The position numbers and the translations under genes were made by a program. A DNA stretch of 26,732 nucleotides, taken from IMG/VR virus record IMGVR_UViG_3300010362_000011, positions 1 through 26,732 of that record; one strand, 5' to 3'. The notes below the pieces were generated by a model, which saw only the letters and a list, made by a program, of their open reading frames with translations, was not told the origin of the DNA and did not search any database. This document shows positions 24,394 through 26,732 of the stretch, piece after piece. The stretch comes from a virus. Its lineage: Duplodnaviria; Caudoviricetes. Numbering within the stretch: the first letter of the stretch is position 1; each line of letters begins with the position of its first letter.

Positions 24394-24773
24394 GACATTG
24401 CTCCGATCTCCCGCCTGGCCGCCTGCTCGCCCGCGTCCTGCAGCCGGGGCCCGGCGTCCATCGCGGCGGGGTAGAGGTAGTTGCCCTGCGCTGAGCGCGG
24501 GTGGCCGCGGCCGCCGTACTCGACGAACTGCGCGTAGGGCACGCCGTTGCCCATCGTGATCGAGGCGCCGTCACGGCTGCGGTCGACGCTGACGGTCCCC
24601 GCGAGGCGGCCGGTCAGCCGCGGCACGGTGCTGCGGACGTCCCCGGCGACGTCCTGGGCGACGTGCGCGAACTCCTCGGGCGCCCGGCGGTCGATCCGCC
24701 CCTCGAGCATCTTCATGCCGGCGGCCAGCTCGGCCACGCCGCGCACCTTCACATCGACGAGCGGCCTTGCCAT
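24378..24773 (-). CDS. HK97 gp10-like tail completion protein (131 aa)
   Basis: VPRLTGRLAGTV...VPYAQFVEYG...YLYPA; TAATG coupling. Confidence 0.85.
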   Translation of the reverse strand: MARPLVDVKVRGVAELAAGMKMLEGRIDRRAPEEFAHVAQDVAGDVRSTVPRLTGRLAGTVSVDRSRDGASITMGNGVPYAQFVEYGGRGHPRSAQGNYLYPAAMDAGPRLQDAGEQAARREIGAMSWPSP

Positions 24774-25234
24774 TACGTCGGCGGCGCCACGAGCTTCGTG
24801 GGCGCCCCGATCAGCGACCACTCGATATCGACCTCGCTCGCGTCCCCGGCGTCCCCGTTCAGCGGCGCGTAGGGCTGCGGGACGACCGTGCCTGTCCAGG
24901 CGGGGTTGTCGGGCCCGATCGGCTTGTCCCGGTACGCGTAGATCAGGAACGTGCACGGGTCCCCGGCCTCGACGAGTGGTTCGAGCACGGCTTCGGTGCC
25001 GCCGGGAGTGTCGAACGACTGGTACAGCGTGGTGATGAGCGACCACTTGACGACGCCCGGGTAATCGGTCGACCCGCAGAACGTGTCGAGCGTCGTCGTC
25101 GACACGTCCGGTGATAGCTCGACGTGGTTCGCGTAGCACGCAAGCTCGGTCAGGCCGGTGCTCGCCGGGCCGGGCCCGAGCTGCAGGCTCGCGTTGTCGA
25201 GGATGACATGGCTGAGGGTCGGGGGTGTCGCCAA
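24773..25234 (-). CDS. Major tail (tube) protein
   Basis: AGGAGG RBS with TTG start; TLDTFCG, NPAWTGTV, DIEWSLIGAP. Confidence 0.82.
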   Translation of the reverse strand: MATPPTLSHVILDNASLQLGPGPASTGLTELACYANHVELSPDVSTTTLDTFCGSTDYPGVVKWSLITTLYQSFDTPGGTEAVLEPLVEAGDPCTFLIYAYRDKPIGPDNPAWTGTVVPQPYAPLNGDAGDASEVDIEWSLIGAPTKLVAPPT

Positions 25235-25246
25235 TGTGCTGCCCTC

Positions 25247-25651
25247 CTAGACGGCCACGGGCACTCGGTAGCCGAGTCGTGCGCCGAGGTAGTGGATGTT
25301 CGAGATGATCCATTCGCGCGGCGCCTGCGTCGTCGCCAGCGGCCACGAGTGCGGGTCGCCGCGTAGCCGGTCGATCGTGTACGCGACGAGCGTTTCGACC
25401 TGGCCGATTCCGGCGCCCGCTTCGATGCGGCTACCGACGCACAGCACCACGAGGTTGGCGATGGTGAAACAGGGCCCCATCGTGGCCGGCTGCTCAAGCC
25501 ACGGGTCGTCCCAGACCACGACGAGCGCCGGTGGCGTCACCGTGTCCGGGTAGTCGATCAGCACCTCTGGGTCGGTGTCCTGGGCGGGTGCGAGCGCCAC
25601 CGCCAGGGACGCCCGCACCTCGCCCAGTGGGAGTGCCCCATTCGTGCTCAC
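25247..25651 (-). CDS. Tail terminator / neck protein (134 aa)
   Basis: GTGA-coupled start; YPDTVTPPALVV; between connector and tube protein. Confidence 0.7.
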   Translation of the reverse strand: MSTNGALPLGEVRASLAVALAPAQDTDPEVLIDYPDTVTPPALVVVWDDPWLEQPATMGPCFTIANLVVLCVGSRIEAGAGIGQVETLVAYTIDRLRGDPHSWPLATTQAPREWIISNIHYLGARLGYRVPVAV

Positions 25652-26355
25652 GCAATCCCCCACTGCTGCTTGAGCGGGGTCAGCGTGTACGCGTACCGGT
25701 TGAACTGGTCGCGGGGCGCGGTCAGCGTCCCGGTCTGGTCGCTCCCGATGACGCCGAACGAGGCGTCTTGCGCCTTGAACCACTCGACGCCGCGGGCGAT
25801 GTTCACCCGGTTGGCGAGCGCGTTGTCAGCCGGGATCGGGTCGCCGTCGAACCGGTCGCAGTCGTGGTCGATCTCGATCGCCGCCGCGTCCAGGCAGGCT
25901 TGCAGCGCGTCCGTGTTCTCCGGGGTCACCCGTATCCGCAGCGCCGCCGCCAGCTCGTCGACGGTGGCGTACGCGACCACCGGCACCGGCGGACCCGGCG
26001 GCGTCGGCTCGGCCGCCTTCACGAGCAGGATCACCGACACTTTCTGCGTCAGCAGCGGCAGCCCGGACGCGTCCCAGGCGACCGGGAACTCGACATAGTC
26101 GGTTTTGTCGACGGCCGCGCCGGTCGTCGCGTAGGCGACATAGCGGGTGTGGTCGTCGTAGTCCTGCACGTACACGAGCGTCCCGGCGGGCCAGGCGAGT
26201 AGCAGCGTGTGGATGTCCTCGCCTGGCGTCGTCAGGTTCCTAACCCACAGCTTCGACGCGAGCGTGGGGTCGGCGTTATCGAGACGGATCTGCGAGCCAG
26301 TCGGCGGCTCGGTTGTCGCCGAGCTGAACTGGTACTCGCAGCTCATCTCTGCCAT
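25648..26355 (-). CDS. Head-tail adaptor with an extra N-terminal domain
   Basis: C-terminal half YATVDELAAALRI...LDAAAIEID is gp6/gp15-like; preceded by a roughly 115-aa domain and an EPTPPGPPVP linker. Confidence 0.75.
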   Translation of the reverse strand: MAEMSCEYQFSSATTEPPTGSQIRLDNADPTLASKLWVRNLTTPGEDIHTLLLAWPAGTLVYVQDYDDHTRYVAYATTGAAVDKTDYVEFPVAWDASGLPLLTQKVSVILLVKAAEPTPPGPPVPVVAYATVDELAAALRIRVTPENTDALQACLDAAAIEIDHDCDRFDGDPIPADNALANRVNIARGVEWFKAQDASFGVIGSDQTGTLTAPRDQFNRYAYTLTPLKQQWGIA

Positions 26356-26359
26356 TGCT

Positions 26360-26581
26360 CTACCCCTCGTGCGCCCTGATCGCGGCGATGAGGTCGGCCT
26401 TGCTCATCCCCTGGTGGGCGGGGCTGATGCCGAGCGACTGCGCCTTTTCGATGAGCTGGTCCTTCGTCATCGCGTCGAGGTCGTCGACGGCGGCCTCGGC
26501 GGGGGCGGGGGCGTCGGCCCGCTGGATCGTGCCCTTGTACGCGTACTGCCCTGCCTCTCGTCGGTCACGGTAGGCGGTCAT
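26360..26581 (-). CDS. 73-aa protein with Rho-N/HeH-like domain
   Basis: LDAMTKDQLIEKAQSLGI...MSKADLIAAI; starts just after the capsid stop. Confidence 0.8.
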   Translation of the reverse strand: MTAYRDRREAGQYAYKGTIQRADAPAPAEAAVDDLDAMTKDQLIEKAQSLGISPAHQGMSKADLIAAIRAHEG

Positions 26582-26583
26582 GG

Positions 26584-26732
26584 CTACGGTCCTGCGAACG
26601 GCGTGATCTCGGCGAACGCGCCGGGGTCGGTGACTGCGCATGCGAACGCGCCGATGATGCCGACCTCGATGCCGCCGATTGACGGCTCGACCGCGCGAAG
26701 CTCGACCGGGGAGCCGGGCGTCTCAGCGCAGA
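26584..26732 (-). CDS. Major capsid protein, 3' end
   Basis: ...AVTDPGAFAEITPFAGP-TAG (stop 26586-26584), continuing the 1240-1 frame. Confidence 0.92.
   Translation of the reverse strand, partial: CAETPGSPVELRAVEPSIGGIEVGIIGAFACAVTDPGAFAEITPFAGP
26610..26732. repeat. 123-bp terminal direct repeat, right copy
   Basis: Identical to 1-123. Confidence 0.97.

Noticed and set aside
1-26732. tRNA or other known RNA genes
   Set aside because: No cloverleaf or T-loop signature recognised by eye in the intergenic gaps; a tRNAscan/Infernal run is needed to be sure

Overview
The window is one complete, circularly permuted genome of a small, very GC-rich (roughly 70% by eye) temperate siphovirus with a probable actinobacterial host. 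Bases 1-123 are repeated exactly at 26610-26732, giving a 26,609-bp circle, and the major capsid gene runs across the junction, which the ORF track missed. Most genes are on the minus strand in tightly coupled operons: HK97-type head, neck and tail (714-aa tape measure); lysis (CHAP endolysin, membrane protein, collagen-like protein); and an early arm (C5-methyltransferase-like, Rpf-like transglycosylase, exonuclease, RecT-like annealase, replication initiator, RusA, HNH). Five plus-strand units interrupt these operons: large terminase, a second HNH, a three-gene serine-integrase cassette, an HTH regulator and a TylF-family O-methyltransferase. The most notable observations are (i) an inverted terminase with a divergent promoter, an apparently degenerate nuclease site and no recognisable small subunit; (ii) a stand-alone secreted Rpf-like enzyme plus an RMF-like peptide, a possible host-dormancy module; (iii) a canonical CCCTTTC -1 slippery site joining a small ORF to a glycoside-hydrolase-like domain; and (iv) antisense reading frames that cross the inverted genes and stop exactly on the next start codon. 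All protein calls come from motifs recognised by eye and from gene order; no searches were run.
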